DNA of 64,000 nt from Cyanophora paradoxa CCMP329 (lineage: Eukaryota; Plantae; Glaucophyta), in contig QPMI01000151.1 in assembly GCA_004431415.1 (NCBI GenBank), positions 750-64,749 on the forward strand, written 5' to 3'. Below are positions 25,473 through 39,000 of the stretch, one piece after another. The notes beneath the pieces were generated by a model, which was given only the letters and a program-made list of their open reading frames with translations, was not told the DNA's origin and did no database searches. Every line of letters starts with the position of its first letter. Within the stretch, counting starts at the first letter, position 1. A program made the translations under genes and the position numbers.

Positions 25473-27486
25473 GTTGCAGATTGTGCTGCCGCAGCGCTCC
25501 GCGGCGGCTGCAGCTGCGCGTACTAGCTATATATAAAGCGCTAGATCGCCTGCTGCCAAGTTGCCGCAGTGCCACGTGCGCGCGCACGGTGCCGCACTGC
25601 AGCCGCAGTGCGCATGCTTCGATTCTGCTTCCGAACTTCGCGTAAGTTCGATCGCGATCTAGATCTGCAGGGGCCAGGGGGCCACGGGCCACGGCGCGGG
25701 CTAGCCCGGCGGCCGCTGAGCGCTACCGTGGCCTACTAAGTAGTAGATCACTGCAGCTGATGAGTCTAACTTGAAAAGAGTCTACAGTCAATATATATAT
25801 ATAATATACGTACGTATACCAGGCCCGGCGGCGGGCCGGCGCCCGGCGCCGGTTAGTGCGGCCACCGTGGCCGCACCGTGGCACTGCGCCGCCGCTCATA
25901 AACTTAGTAAATCATGATCCAGGGCATTGATCATTGCCAGCAAGTTGAAAATTGCAGGCTCGAGCTCATATGCATGCACTGCCATGCAGCAGCTGCGCGC
26001 AGCAGCAGATAGCCTGCAGGCTGCAGCCTCAGCCAGCCTGCAGGCGCCAGGCGGTGGCAGGCTGGCAGCCTGCAGCTGGCAGGCGCGCAGCTCATGATCA
26101 GCGGCTGGCGCCGGCTGCCACTGCCTGCCGGCCACTGGCAGCCACTGCCAGCCAGTGCCAGGGCGCGGACTCGCCGAGTCGCAAGTTCTCGCAACGTCGA
26201 GTCGTCGTCGACGTTGCGACTCGACGTACTAGTACTCGGCGAGCCTCGGAGCCGGCCGCGGCGAGCGCTCGCCGACTCGGCGAGCGCACAAGTTATTAAC
26301 TATTAATAATGATTCTTATAAAGACCCTTTTTTGGGGTTTATTATTAATTCCATCACTGCGAGTGACCCGTCACTGGGCCGTCAGTGCCCGTCACTGGCC
26401 CGTCAGTGCCGTCAGCCGAGTCGATCGCGACTCGCGAGCTCGGAGCTCGAGGCTCGAGCTCGAATTACGAGATTCACGACTCACGGGCTTGCGATTCAAG
26501 TAACTTGACAAGCGACTCAAGTTGCGACTTGACCATGAATCCGAGATTCAGGAGTCAGGACACAGTGCACGTGACTCAGTGACTCAGTAATCATTGCGAC
26601 TCGCGATCGATATCGCGAGACGCGATCGTGCATATGAAACGCGTATATTCACTGTATATACTTGAATATATACTCTGCGAAGCGGCAGTACTAGCTAGCA
26701 GAGTACCAGTATCAGTATTCGCTTCGGCGCCGGCAGTACTCTGACTAGCTACTCTGACAGTAACAGAGTCTGACTAGCTACGTATACTCTGACTGAGACT
26801 GACTCTGACTAGCCGCCGAGTCAAGCGTTCAACGGTCAACGTTTAACGTTAACCGTTGAACACACGTGCCGGTTTGAACACTTGCCAATTGCAAAAAGCT
26901 GCCAAGTTAACAGACGAACTGGGTACACGAGAGCGCCCCCTGAACATGAGGAAACAGACGAACGTGCCCCCTAAAGATGAACAGGCTCCGGCCCGGCCGC
27001 GCACGTACCGTCGTCGGTCCGTCGAACGTCCGGTCGGGCCGGCGGGTCGGCCCGGGCGACCGCGCGGGCCGGCGGGCCAAGCGTTCCGAAGTTCAGGCCC
27101 TGTCCAGCGGCTCATGCTCACCGATCGCCGCGCGACTCGCGAGGCCCGCGCGCGAAGCGCTGATCATGACTCAGTGAAGCTAGGCCAAGCCGCTGAGCTT
27201 AAGTTGGCCAACTGCAAGCCTTGAAGCTATTAACTAGTAAGAGGGACCGATCGCGACCGGCGACGATACCTAGATATTGATCTAGATATATAGAGCTGCA
27301 AGTTCGCCTACCGAGCTCGAGGCTGAAAACGCCTCATAGAAAAGGTTTGGCTGAAGCGAGGGAACGGGAAGCAAGCTGGGAGAAGCCCTTCGGTCTTCGT
27401 CCCCCCTTGCAATTTATAATTAATGCACAGCGTCTATACATGTACATCAGCTTATATATACTGTGATACGTATCAATATAGGACCG

Positions 27487-30400
27487 TCAACGTCGTGTGG
27501 AGAAGAGTACGTATACCGCGACGACATGTGCAGCAAGCAGGGCTGCCAGCTGAAGCTTAAAGGTGCCCCCATGGCCAGCCAGGCTCAGATCCAGAGCGGC
27601 GCCGGAGAGTTGAGGCGCCGCGGTGGTGGATGCCGCGCTGCCCGGGGCGAGATCCGTGCTCACGCTCCAGTCGCCAAACTGCAGTTCGCTCATTATGTCG
27701 GTAGCGATTTGTATGATACTCATGATTTCGATCGATTTTTGAGTGATTGTGTGTGAGGGTAGCTATAATTATAGAATATTCAATATTAATGGAGGGCGAC
27801 GCACTGTGACGGAAGTGATGCCCAGCGAAGCCCCGGCGGCCTTGCCAGCATCCGAGTCCGTGTAAGAGACGATGGCGAGGAGAATCGCCTCGGCAGGGGC
27901 CCCCGGGATCCCCGTGCTATTGAACGATGTGGTCTGCGAAAGGTCCGCCCACATGCGCGGCCATGCCGGGGCGCTTGTCATCAGGAGCTTGAGCGCTAGC
28001 GGGCCGCGCCATATATATATATACATATATAGAAGAGCGCACGAAGCTGTAGGTCATGGTGGACTGCTGGAGGAGACGTCGACTTCGGCCGCGGGCAGAG
28101 GAGCGCGTCGCCACAGTCAAACCGGCGACGAGCAACGAGTTCGTGCTGGCGGCGAGGGCTTGCTCGCAGTTCACGATCACATCCGCGAAGGTAGCTATAG
28201 TGCAGACCGCCTGCTCGTTCACGATTCCTTTAGACACGGTTTCTCTCCGATGATGTACTACAGTATAATACTACAGAATTCATGACCAATCCACCTTGAC
28301 AGCATGGGCGATTGAAGCAGCGCGCGAGGCCGCCTGCGTTGCTCCGTTTGCTGCTCCGTTCGGACAAAATTAATTATGTAAAGAATCAGAATATGTATGG
28401 AGCGGCAATTTAAAATATACATCGGCGGACCGCGGATGTAAAGGGGCCCAGCGGAGCTGTCAGACTCGTGGCTCGAGGGAACAAGGACGGAGCCGTTCTG
28501 CGAGTATATATAGGGCGCACGTCACATGTACGGTTATACGTATACGTGCTTTGAATTCAAGCGAGCGTCACTCAATGGCAAGCGCAATATGATTGCTAGC
28601 TTGCCGTGAGTGCGACTCCGTCGACAATGATCTCTTCGGGGCTGGAGGCGACGGCGACGCCCGCGATCGCGAGGTCGGCGAAGGCGCCCTCCTCCTTGAC
28701 GCTAAGAAGCATGTCCGCCGCGATCTGCGCACGAAACCGAATAATTTACAGGTGTTCGACCCTTCTACAACGACGAGAAGGGTCGACGTCGGGGTGCTCT
28801 GCATGCGCAGCTCCAGGGGGCCGTACGGACGGACCTCGACCGCAGTGGTCTCCCTCTCGTCGTCGTCGACGATGACAAGGTCCAAGAGCGCAGTGCTGGT
28901 GCCGCCCACAGCCGCGGCTAGCAGCTCCCTAGCGACAAAGAACGCTGAGACGATCTCAAGATTAACGGCCCGAAATATGAATCGGAGCGGACCGCCGCGT
29001 TGGATTGGAATCCGGCAGCTGCCTGCACGGCGGTCTGAATCGGAACTGAATGCTATTGGACGAAGCCGCAGCCGCTTCTTGAAGGTCGGCCTGGTTTCGA
29101 GCGCGCGAAATGTGGCGTGATTAGTATGCAGTTGGATTCGCGTCCGGCATTGGCATTCGGATCAACCGAGGGCCAGCCGCAATTTTGATATTAAAGCACG
29201 CACGAGAAAGCGACTGGACTGCACATTGCACGCTTCCGCGAGCGAGCCCGCCGCGACCGTGATAACGAAACTCACCTGCGTTCTCGCAAATTTAATTCAG
29301 TAACTTCAATTCCCTGCAGCTGCACCGCTAATGCACCTGCACAGGTCCGGAACCTCTGAAACGTGTTCGAGTGCACTTCACAGAGAGAGTCGAGAAGGCC
29401 CCTGCGAAGCCCGCAGCGGCCGCGGGGTCCGCGGCCGTTACTGCGCATGCGCATGCCGCAGTGCTCGTGATCGCGAGCCTCGGAGTCGTAATTATGAGAA
29501 GACGCACACTGTCCGCGGATCGTTGATCTCGAGCTCTTGACGACATTGCCTGTGCGGTCCGTCGTCGCCTGTATCTGCAAGGTTTTCATGATCACGCTTA
29601 CAATTAAGATCGATTTTCCGGATCCGGAATTGATCAGATCGTGATCATATGCATCACATGTACATACATAAAACTAGTTAGCTCAGCGACTTGTCAATCA
29701 ATAATGAATGAGATCGAGGAATTCGAACACTTTAATTTGCACCTGTGCAATGCTCCAGAATGCTCTCATAATCAACTGGCCGTCAGTTGTGTTGACGGCG
29801 ATATCGATTGAGGCGAAGCTGCGGTGAACAAGCGAAGGTTAAAGGGAAGTGCGCGTGCACAGCAAAAAGGCTATGGCCATGATCTATCGGAACGTGCCAC
29901 TAGTACTGTGTGGGGAATATCCGCGGCGCCTGGCCGGAATTCGAACGTGTACATGTAATTGAATAAGGTATATATTTGATCCAATTTGAGTACTACGCCG
30001 TCAGTATCTAGGAATGCTGGAGCGCAGATCGTAGTTTTACTATAGCTAGTTTAGAAGTACATGTTGCTATTCGCGCACCCGTTGTTGGAGGCCAGGGCGG
30101 TCAGACCGGTGCTGTTGAGGCTGAGGGGGCTGGCGAGGGTGGCGACCGTCGAGCCGGCCTCGCCCACGGCGCCGGCTCCAATCAGGCTCTCGATGCGATT
30201 ACTGGTCAGCGACGCCCGCGGCCGGTCCGGAAGCACCCTCATTGAGGTCATAAACGAGTAGCCAGTGATCGTCGCCTTAATCTTGTTTGCAATCGGGGAC
30301 ACGTAAATCGGCGGAGTCGGAGAAGGCCAAGGCGTGGGGCTGGCCGTGGACTCGGTCGCCACGTCGGGATCGGCAGATTGCAAGGCCGAACGCGCACGCG

Positions 30401-31700
30401 CATGCGTGCGGACGCGCTGGGGCGACGGGCCAGTCGTATCTTGAGGGATTTCCGGGAGAGGGGTACCGGGCGAGGGATCCTCAGGGATATCGATGGAAGT
30501 CGGCGAGGGGCTGGCCATGGGAGATGAGGACGGGCTCGGGCTCGGCGACAGCTGCACGATCGAGCTCGGACTTGCAGCAGGCGACGGGCCTGGGCTGGGC
30601 GTCGGACTCGGATTCGGGCCCGGGCCTATAATTAAGCTTGGATCCGGACTCGGGCTCGGGCTGGCTGTAGCCATGGTTTGCATGGGCGTCTGATACCGTA
30701 TCTGCGAAAGCGCATATGTGCAGCACGATATCAATCACGATCGCGATACGATCACCACGACCGGCCGCGGTACGGCACCATGATCAAATTAAAAGAATCT
30801 ATAAATAGTAATGGGTAGAAGATCTAGATCTAGATCAGGTCCCATCATCTGGACTCTGAGACGTCGGGGTCAATCTAGATCCGATCTAGCCCAGGGACGC
30901 ACGGAGAAAAGGCCGAGGCCACCTGTGGAGGACAGGGCCCTGAGGGTCTCTGAAGAGCTGTTGTCCACATGCATGGCAATTAAAGCCTCTGCGCAGTTCG
31001 CGAGGGAGTACGCGAGCGTCTCGTCGCGGGCCTTCTCTAGGACCGTCCCGCTCATGAAGCGAGTTCTCGAAAACTTTATCTGAGCGCGAAAAAAGTCGGC
31101 ACCAGTACTCATTATTCGAATTCAGACGTTGCGATTGCACTAGTAGGATATATATATATATGTATTAATATCGACATAGCGGCGACGAGATCAGTTCCGT
31201 GGATGCTTGCTTGAATTGGGCGAACGCGATCGCGAGCTGGTAATCATAATTATGAGGACACGGCTGATTTACACACCTTGAGAATTTTGCCGGCGGGTTT
31301 TGACTTGGTTTTGAAGATTCCTGCGTGTCAAAGAGGAGGAATCAAGATCTAGCTATAGGGCTATATCTATATGAGATTCTGCAGTCGTGTGTTATTGTAT
31401 TTATTAATTTTAATTACACTCATTTGTACAACTGAAAGCAATCACGTGCACCGGCGTTTCTCGTTTGGAGGGATGACGGCTGCGGTACTGTGAGAGCACC
31501 TGTCTCGCCACCCAGATCAAACGAATTCGCCCTTGTTGTCAAGCTTAAGGTGCGGTTGCTGAAGACCTGCAAAAGAGGGCCCGAAGGGGAATTCAAAACT
31601 CGGAGGATTCCATGCACTCGGTGCGTTTACATACGTGTACGTACCAGGGCGTTGAAGCCGCCTTCGCCATCGGAGCTGAAAATGGCCAGGCCTGCGCACG
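27487..31700 (-). CDS. Multi-exon Ser/Pro-rich surface-protein-like gene with an RRLLQ motif (ends approximate)
   Basis: Exon-like pieces in ORFs 30051-30734 (SPSPSP stalk), 28568-28909, 27917-28237 (RGRSRRLLQQST) and 27487-27723 (hydrophobic tail LAALLAAHVVAVYVLF), with CAG acceptors. Confidence 0.6.
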
Positions 31701-33844
31701 CGCACAATCGCAAGTAAGTACTACCTATATACGGTATGAGCTTCATATTATGACCAGAAGCTTATGGGCCGGTCGCGGCCGAAAAACCGGCCGACGGCTG
31801 GCCGCCGGGCCATGGACAATCGGCGACTGCTTTTAAGGCCGATATATATTGAACTTCGGAATGAATGATTTGCCTGCCAACTGTGGATACCACCGCGACC
31901 GTCCGCTGCTGAAGACGCGCGTGTCTTGCGATAGAACGGCGTAGAAGTCGACTGCGCAATTAATATTGCAAGGCGAAGTACCAGTCAGCAGTCCGAATTT
32001 GAAGGCCGCGCGCGCGCGCGGCTGCCACGCTTCAGCTGCCGCAGCGCAGCTGCAGCTGGCCTATGGCTGCATGCATATGCGCAGCCAAGACTATATGTGT
32101 ACGTATGTATATGACATGCCATGATGATGTCAACATGCGCATGCATATGGCCGCGGCCGCCATCAATCTCACCGGTGCCGGCATTCGCGTTGCAATTGTG
32201 CGCGACTGCGAGAACCTCCAGGAGCACGAGCGCCAGCTGCAGGCCCATCGATATTGCAAGGCCGAGGTCCACTGGGGCCAGGACGAATTCGAACTGTCCG
32301 CGGCCGTTCGCCGGCCGCGGCCGTACGCGTCGGACGAAACATGAGCTTGGAGGCGCCGGCCGCGGGCGCCGGCTCGGACGTCGACGCTCCATATGCGATT
32401 GTCGACTCGCGATAGGCATATGCATGCGCAACTTCAGCAGCGCAAGGTATCGCCAAGGTCGCTGAAGCTTCCAGCCTCAGAGCCTGTTCCAGCCTGAAGA
32501 ACTTCCACTGTCTTCCAGTCCCTGATCACAGGGATGGCCCTGCACAGTCTGCCGGCGCCGCAGTTCGATCGGAGGATTCGGAGCTCGAGGACAGGTCGGA
32601 GGCCCGACTCCCGAGTCCCGACTCCCGACTCAGAGTCCCGAGGGCCGAGGGCCGACTCGGCGAGGCCCGGAGGCCCCGGACTCGGCGGAGGCCGGCGGCG
32701 GCGGCGGGCCGACGGCGGCCCGGCGCCAGCCCGGCGCCGGCTTGACGGCTCCGATGATCGATCCCGCCCGGCGGCCGGGCCGGACTCTCGAGCGGCGGAT
32801 CCGGATTCCGGAGCCTCGGAGATTTACCAATACCGGTACGTACCAGGGTAGACATGTACAGCCGCACTGTTGGCAGTCTGCTACCGGGTAACCGCAGCCG
32901 CGGCGCATGCGTCGGCGACTCCGAGGCTCGGCGACGAGTCGGCGACTCGGCGTATAATAGTACTTGTATGACTCAGTGATCATGACCGCGGCCGGCCGCG
33001 GGGCCCGAGGGACGGCGGGGACTCGCCGCCGGGCCGGGGAGTCTGTGATCATGGTTACATGGTATGGGCGGCATAATGCATATGGGGCTTAAATTGGCCC
33101 GGCCCCTCTTCTGAGCATAGAGAATGCCATGGCCAGTCGACGTCATGATCATGTGCATCATGGCCAGTAATATATATGTAACGGTAATAATGTTACGGTA
33201 TGCATCATGGCATATGCGCGATTAATATTGGGGGCCGGACCGCGCGCGGCGGCCCACAGCCTGGGCCACAGGCCGGCGCCCGGGCCGGGGCAGCCGGATC
33301 CGGAGCCTCAGGGCCTGGCCCAGCCTGGCAGCTGCAGTGGCCAATGGCCATGGGGGCCCGGCGGCCCCGGCCGCGGCCGCCCGCGGCCGGGGGCCGGGGC
33401 CCACTGGGGTGACTGGGCCCCCACGGTGCCTGGGGGGAAGCCAGAGTCGACGTCCGACGGTCGGGGGCCCGGAGGCCTAGGCCTAGGCTAGCTATAGGGG
33501 ACCATATTAGGGGTCTAGTAGGGCACTGTAGGGGAGCTCATGATCAACTTGGCATTGTTGGCAAGCTTCAGCTTGCATATATGGACCATATATATTAGAT
33601 GGTATATAAGCTAAGCTAAGCTTGCTCAACGTATATATACGGTACGTATATACCGTGAATCTCCGTGATCGATTCCGGTGCGATCATGATCATTATCTGA
33701 TCATGATCATATCATGATCATGATCATGATCCGGATCCGGATCCGCGGTCGCCGAGTCGAACTTGGAAATTCCGAATTGGAATATTTAATGAAATTCGAA
33801 TTCCGATCCTCGGAAGTTCAAATTTCGAACTCGCGAATCGCTAG

Positions 33845-34084
33845 CTGTCAGTTCATTATGTTAGACGGATTCTTAGTTAGACGAGTATAGACGAGCGAAC
33901 TGATTCGTCTAACTAAAACGATCATTACAGGTCGTAGACGGGGCGCTACCATAGTAATGCCTCATAGCAGCGATACCCGGTGTGTGACCAAGCTCGTCTA
34001 TCATTGACCACGTCTATCGCGCGGGGGCTGCAAACGTCTAAGTTCGGTCTAACAAAGGCGACGTCTAACATAATGAACTGACAG
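33845..34084. mobile_element. MITE with perfect 23-bp TIRs
   Basis: CTGTCAGTTCATTATGTTAGACG (33845) and its exact reverse complement (34062-34084). Repeated internal TAGACG/CGTCTA motifs; TA on the right flank. Confidence 0.9.
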
Positions 34085-34454
34085 TATCGGATCGCCGATC
34101 GACGGGCCCGGCGCCGGGTACATGAGCGCAGGCGTTGGCACTGCGTGCACGTGAGCGGCAGTGTAGTTACAGCCAACTTGCAGGCTCCCGCCGCCGGGCC
34201 GCGGCCGCGGCGCGGCCGCGGGCGCCGGCCGCCGGACCACCGCCTACCTGGTACCCGGCCCTACCGGTACCGTACCGTAGACTCCGTAGTACGGGACCAC
34301 CGGTCCCGGGTAGCGCTGATATATCGTCGTAATATCGATCGCCGGCGCTCGAGCTCTGCTTCAACGTTATAATTACTTCGGCAAGCTTTTAAGGGCCCCG
34401 CGGAGCTCGCCCGACATCGACGCACGCTTCTTAAGTTACTCTTAACTGACAGCC

Positions 34455-35630
34455 ATGAACTACGACGACGCCCCGATGTTACGCACCGCGCGCGGCTTCG
34501 CCGTCGTCGAGCCGCCGGCCGCGGTGAGCCTCGGAGATCTAGAGCACTTAAGCTTGCTTGCAATTAAGTCTTGAGGTCTAGAGACATGCATCCGTGACCG
34601 GGTGTAATTGAATGATATCGCTGATCATGACCGTCGGACGGCCGCGACCGCGGCTGCCGCGGCTGCTGCGGCCGCAGGACCAGCAGTATGCGAACCCAAC
34701 GAATGCGGAAGCGGATCTGAAGGCAACCATCGCGGGCCTGAGCGACGGCCCGAAGTTCTGTTCCCAGCTGGAGGACCTGCAACACTGGGCCCCCGTCTCG
34801 CAGCCGGTCTACAAAATCGTGCGCCCCCGGCCCGGCCCGATTGCGAGCTTTGCCCCGGGCCGGGCTCATCCTCGCGATCCTAATGCGTGCACGTGATCCC
34901 CGTGCAGACGTGCGTCAGTTATCCCGTGCACGTGCCCGCGCATGCGACCACTGCCGCTCCTGTCTTAAATTAAAGAGCGCTTTGTCGCAGGAACGGGCAA
35001 GCGGTCGCGTTGGACAAACTGGAGCTCGAGCTTCCGTCAGCAGCCAAAGTTACCGTGCCGGCCGTCTGCTGCCCGGATGACAACCTAATCCGGGGTCCAT
35101 ACTACATCGTCCAGGAGGGCGGCTCCTACGATGCGCCCATCACGTGCTGCAAGTTCCAGCGGGGGGCGAGCTCCTTCGCCTCTGCGGACGACGCCGCCAG
35201 GCACTTCAGGTCGACTTGCCGCAGTGCGCCCGCGAGTCAATTCTAATACTCCTGCAATATTTGTGCTGCTGTCATCGCGCTGCCCTGCAGCCGACGACTA
35301 CCCTTATAATGACGTCGACGCGCAGGCGTTTACGGCATGGGCCATTCTGCTCAGCACGGGATTAAAGTGGAGAGGGCTCTGAAGGTTTTTGGGGCCCGCT
35401 TGAAAGCGGCCAACGACATGGCGGCGCCGGCGCGCTCCCGTCTCCAGCTGGAGGGGTACAAGCAGTACGTGGCTGACGCCGCCGAGCTCGACCTCGCCGC
35501 CTTCGACGACGGTACTCCCGCCCCCGCCGAGGTCTGCATGTACCCCCGCCCCGCTTTAATTTGCCGCATTGTACCCCCCCTGAACGCGTCCGCAGGGGGA
35601 TGACGCACTCCTCGAGCTCGACGGTGACGC
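34455..35630 (+). CDS. Small multi-exon gene of unknown function
   Basis: ATG at 34455 followed by GT..GCAG-bounded exons (DQQYANPTNAEADLK..., LDKLELELPSAAKVTVPAVCCPDD..., YKQYVADAAELDL...). No recognised domain. Confidence 0.55.
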
Positions 35631-36055
35631 GTGCGCCTCGGCCGCGGACGCCGATTGGGCGGCCTCTGCACTCGTCCAGTTCGCCGAGCGCGACGCGTAT
35701 GGGCCCCTCCTCTGAGCATGCTATAAATATATAGCTAATGCCAGTCGACGTCCTGTGCTTCTTCTGTTCGAATTCGAACTGGTATAGCGCGAATCGCGCG
35801 AGTGATTATGATTATATCCGCCCCTCAACACGAACGGCGGCGGGAGCGGAAGGGGACGGGGACGGGCTCCAGGGAAAAAATATCATTCCTCTATTGTTCA
35901 AGCGGATTGAATTCGAAAATATCATTCATGCAAGCCATTCCTCTCCACTCTCAATCCGAATTCTGCGGCGGAGGCGGAAGCGGACGGCGGCGGAGCCCGT
36001 CCGAATTCCATGGCCAATCATTAACTGCAGGGGTGCCCCGTTCCGGGATCCGCCC

Positions 36056-39000
36056 TCAAGCTTCAAGGGGCCGGCGGCGGAAGCGGAAGGGGACAGGCTC
36101 GAGGGGCCGGAACGCTCCGATCAGCTGCGCGCGCGCAGCTGCAGGTCAGCAGAGAGCTCGAGCGCTGCTAGAACGAGAATCTTGTTAGATGGAAAATCTA
36201 GAGAGCCTAGATCCGAATTATTGCGAAGAGAGCATTGCTGGTCTGGGAGGGGATGGAGGGGCGGGAGGGGTGGGGGTGGGGTGGGGGGGGGGGGGGGGGC
36301 GGGGTTGGGCATTGCTGGGCTGGGAGGGGTGGAAGGGCAGGAGGGTGGGGTGGATGGGGGAGGAGGAGGAGGGAGGGAGGGGGGGAGGAGAGGGGAGGGG
36401 GAGGAGGGGAGGGGGAGGGGCCGGACCTGGCGGGGGTTGACCCGCGGCTCGGCGAGGGGCTCGATCTCGAGCGCCTCCATAAGGAGGCAGCCCACCAGCT
36501 GCCGGGGGTGGGGGGTGGGGGGTGGGGGCGGACAGTCAGACAGACAGATAGATACTGTGTCGGACGGGCAGGGCAGGGCGGAAGCAGCCGGATTTTTGGC
36601 TACGAATATTAACTCAGGGGGCGGGGTCACTCAGGCCTTCTAACTCACCGGTACCCCGGGCATCGAGCGCCGGGGTACGGCAAATAATGAGGCGATCGCG
36701 AGGGGCGGGGACCCGGGGGGCGAAGGGGGGCGGGGGTACCTTGAACTCGAGGAGTGTGATGCGGGCCCCCGCGCATGGGTGCCGCCCCGCCCCGAACACG
36801 ATGTTCGTGCCCGCCTCCGTCCCTGCTGGGGCCCGGCCCGGGGCCGCGCCCCGCAGCATCATGATCAGGTAAATCCCGAAGCCTTGCGCTTAGACAGATA
36901 GACAATCGCGCTTGGCAAGGAGATCCCACAATCTTATAATTAAGCAGATAGCTCTAGATGAAAGCATTAACCGCCGCAGCATCCGCGTGGAGATCCCACA
37001 ATCTATAATTAAGCAGTCTTGGGAAAGCCGGCGGCGCATGCGCACCCTGGGAGTCCCACCGGTCCGGTCTGAACGAGAGGGGGTCCTCGAAGACCCCCTC
37101 GTTCAGGTTGATCCTGCGGGGGGTACAGTCGGAAGGGGGCGGGCGGGGGGCGCCTAGATACCGGGAGCTCTGGATGGGCCCGCCCGGCGGCCCGGCCCGG
37201 CCCGGACCGAGGTATATAGATAGCCAAGTGTGAAAGAGCATAAAACTCGTTAACTATAAGGTTTCTCGAGGCATGAGAGAGCGAATTATATGAAGAAAGA
37301 GAGAGAAAGGGAGCTCTGGAAGGGCCGCGCCGGCCCGGCGCGGACGTCCAGGCCCTTCCCAGGGGGGGGGGGGGGGGGGGGGGGGCGAGGGTACTGGGCG
37401 CACGAATTCCAGAGGAAGCAGCAGAGGCGCCCAGCCGGGATTCTGTACTTGCCCTGCGCCGCCGCCCCCCTGTGAGACGGAGGGCCCCGGGATGCGGCCG
37501 TGCCGCAGTAGTGCACGCCACTGAGATCACTATGGTCGGTTGGTATATATACGGCTGGGCCGGCGAGGTGCAGCTAGCCTGGCAGCCGCGCCGTCGACGT
37601 CCCCTCTAAACAGGGCGCGCCGTCCCTTCTGTAGTTATAGCTTCATTTTATGGGCGGTTTCAGTTCGCCTAGTAGTAGTTCCTTTCTTAGCCTAGTAGTT
37701 CCTAGTAGTAGTAAACTCAAGAAGGACGCACGTCGACCAAGGGATCCTATATTTATAGTTATAATTTCATTTGTGCACGTGGGTGGTCTTAGTCCACTTT
37801 TCCTTTGTTCCGACTATATGGTTTTCAAGTTTCAAGAAGAACGCACGTCGACCTCGACGTCCATTGTGTATAATTATAGAGTTATAGTTATAGTTTCATT
37901 TGCGGGTGGTTTTAGTTATCTTTCCCGCTTCAAGAAGAACGCACGTCGACCTCGAGGTCCTGGGTGGCCGCCCGGAAGGAGACTGCCGGCATGTTCAGGC
38001 GGATGATCTCGTACAGCAGCCTGCCCGCGACCCCGGGTCAGATCAGATCAGATCGGATGAGATCGGATTCGATCGGATTCGCGCGGCTCGGATATATTCA
38101 TCTTAGGGGGATCGATATCGCCGGGGAGAGGGACGGGAGACAGACGGGAGGACGAAAGTGCTAGAAGAGGGTTCGCAGTTCTTTGCGTACCCCTTGACGA
38201 CCTCGACGCGGTTCGCGGCCTCGTACCCCGCCCCGCCGCACTCCCGCGCGGCCGTCCGCCACTCGGAAAGTAGCTGGAGGGAGGGGGGGGGTATATAATT
38301 ACGAGGTTGGAAGAGTGGTACAAGCGGGGAGCGGGGAGGGGTACGGACCCGCTCCCGAAGTGCGGGCTGCTTGGCGAGGTGGTAGATGAGCCTGGGAAGG
38401 GGGGGGGGATCAGCGGCGGGGGGGAACAGGCGGGGGGTACCCGCATCGTACCAGCCGACGCTGGGGGCCGAGTTGCTCTTTGGACCGGCGGGGGTACCGA
38501 TTAGGGGCGCCGGGATTGAGGGTAGAGGGACCGGGGGGGAGGGGGGAGGGGGAGGGGGTACCGTCGCGCCGAAGAGCGTGCCCCACACCATGCAGAAGAG
38601 CTGAAAAGGGGTACGTCTTAGATTTGAAGGGCGTACGTCTTCTTTAAAGGGCGCGACTACGAACCTCCTGATCGTCGGTGGTTCCATCGGGGCGCCAGAC
38701 CTGGGGGGAGGGGGGTACACCCGTCGGGGGAAGTGCAAGCGCACAGCCGCCGGGCGGGGTACCGTTGGGTCGAGGGCCATGACGCCAATCAGGTCGTACC
38801 TACGGCAGCTCAGATTTTGGGGGGGAGGGGGGGGGGCAGCGGAGAGGGGATACAGCCCACCGCAGGATCGGATCGTCCATCCAATCGCTTTGGGGGAGCG
38901 CGAGCCTCCTCCTGATGAGCTGGGGCGGGCCGGGGGCGTCGGGGGGTACATACGCCCCACCAAACGGGGGGTACGGTACCGTTTTCGCGATATCGATGAA

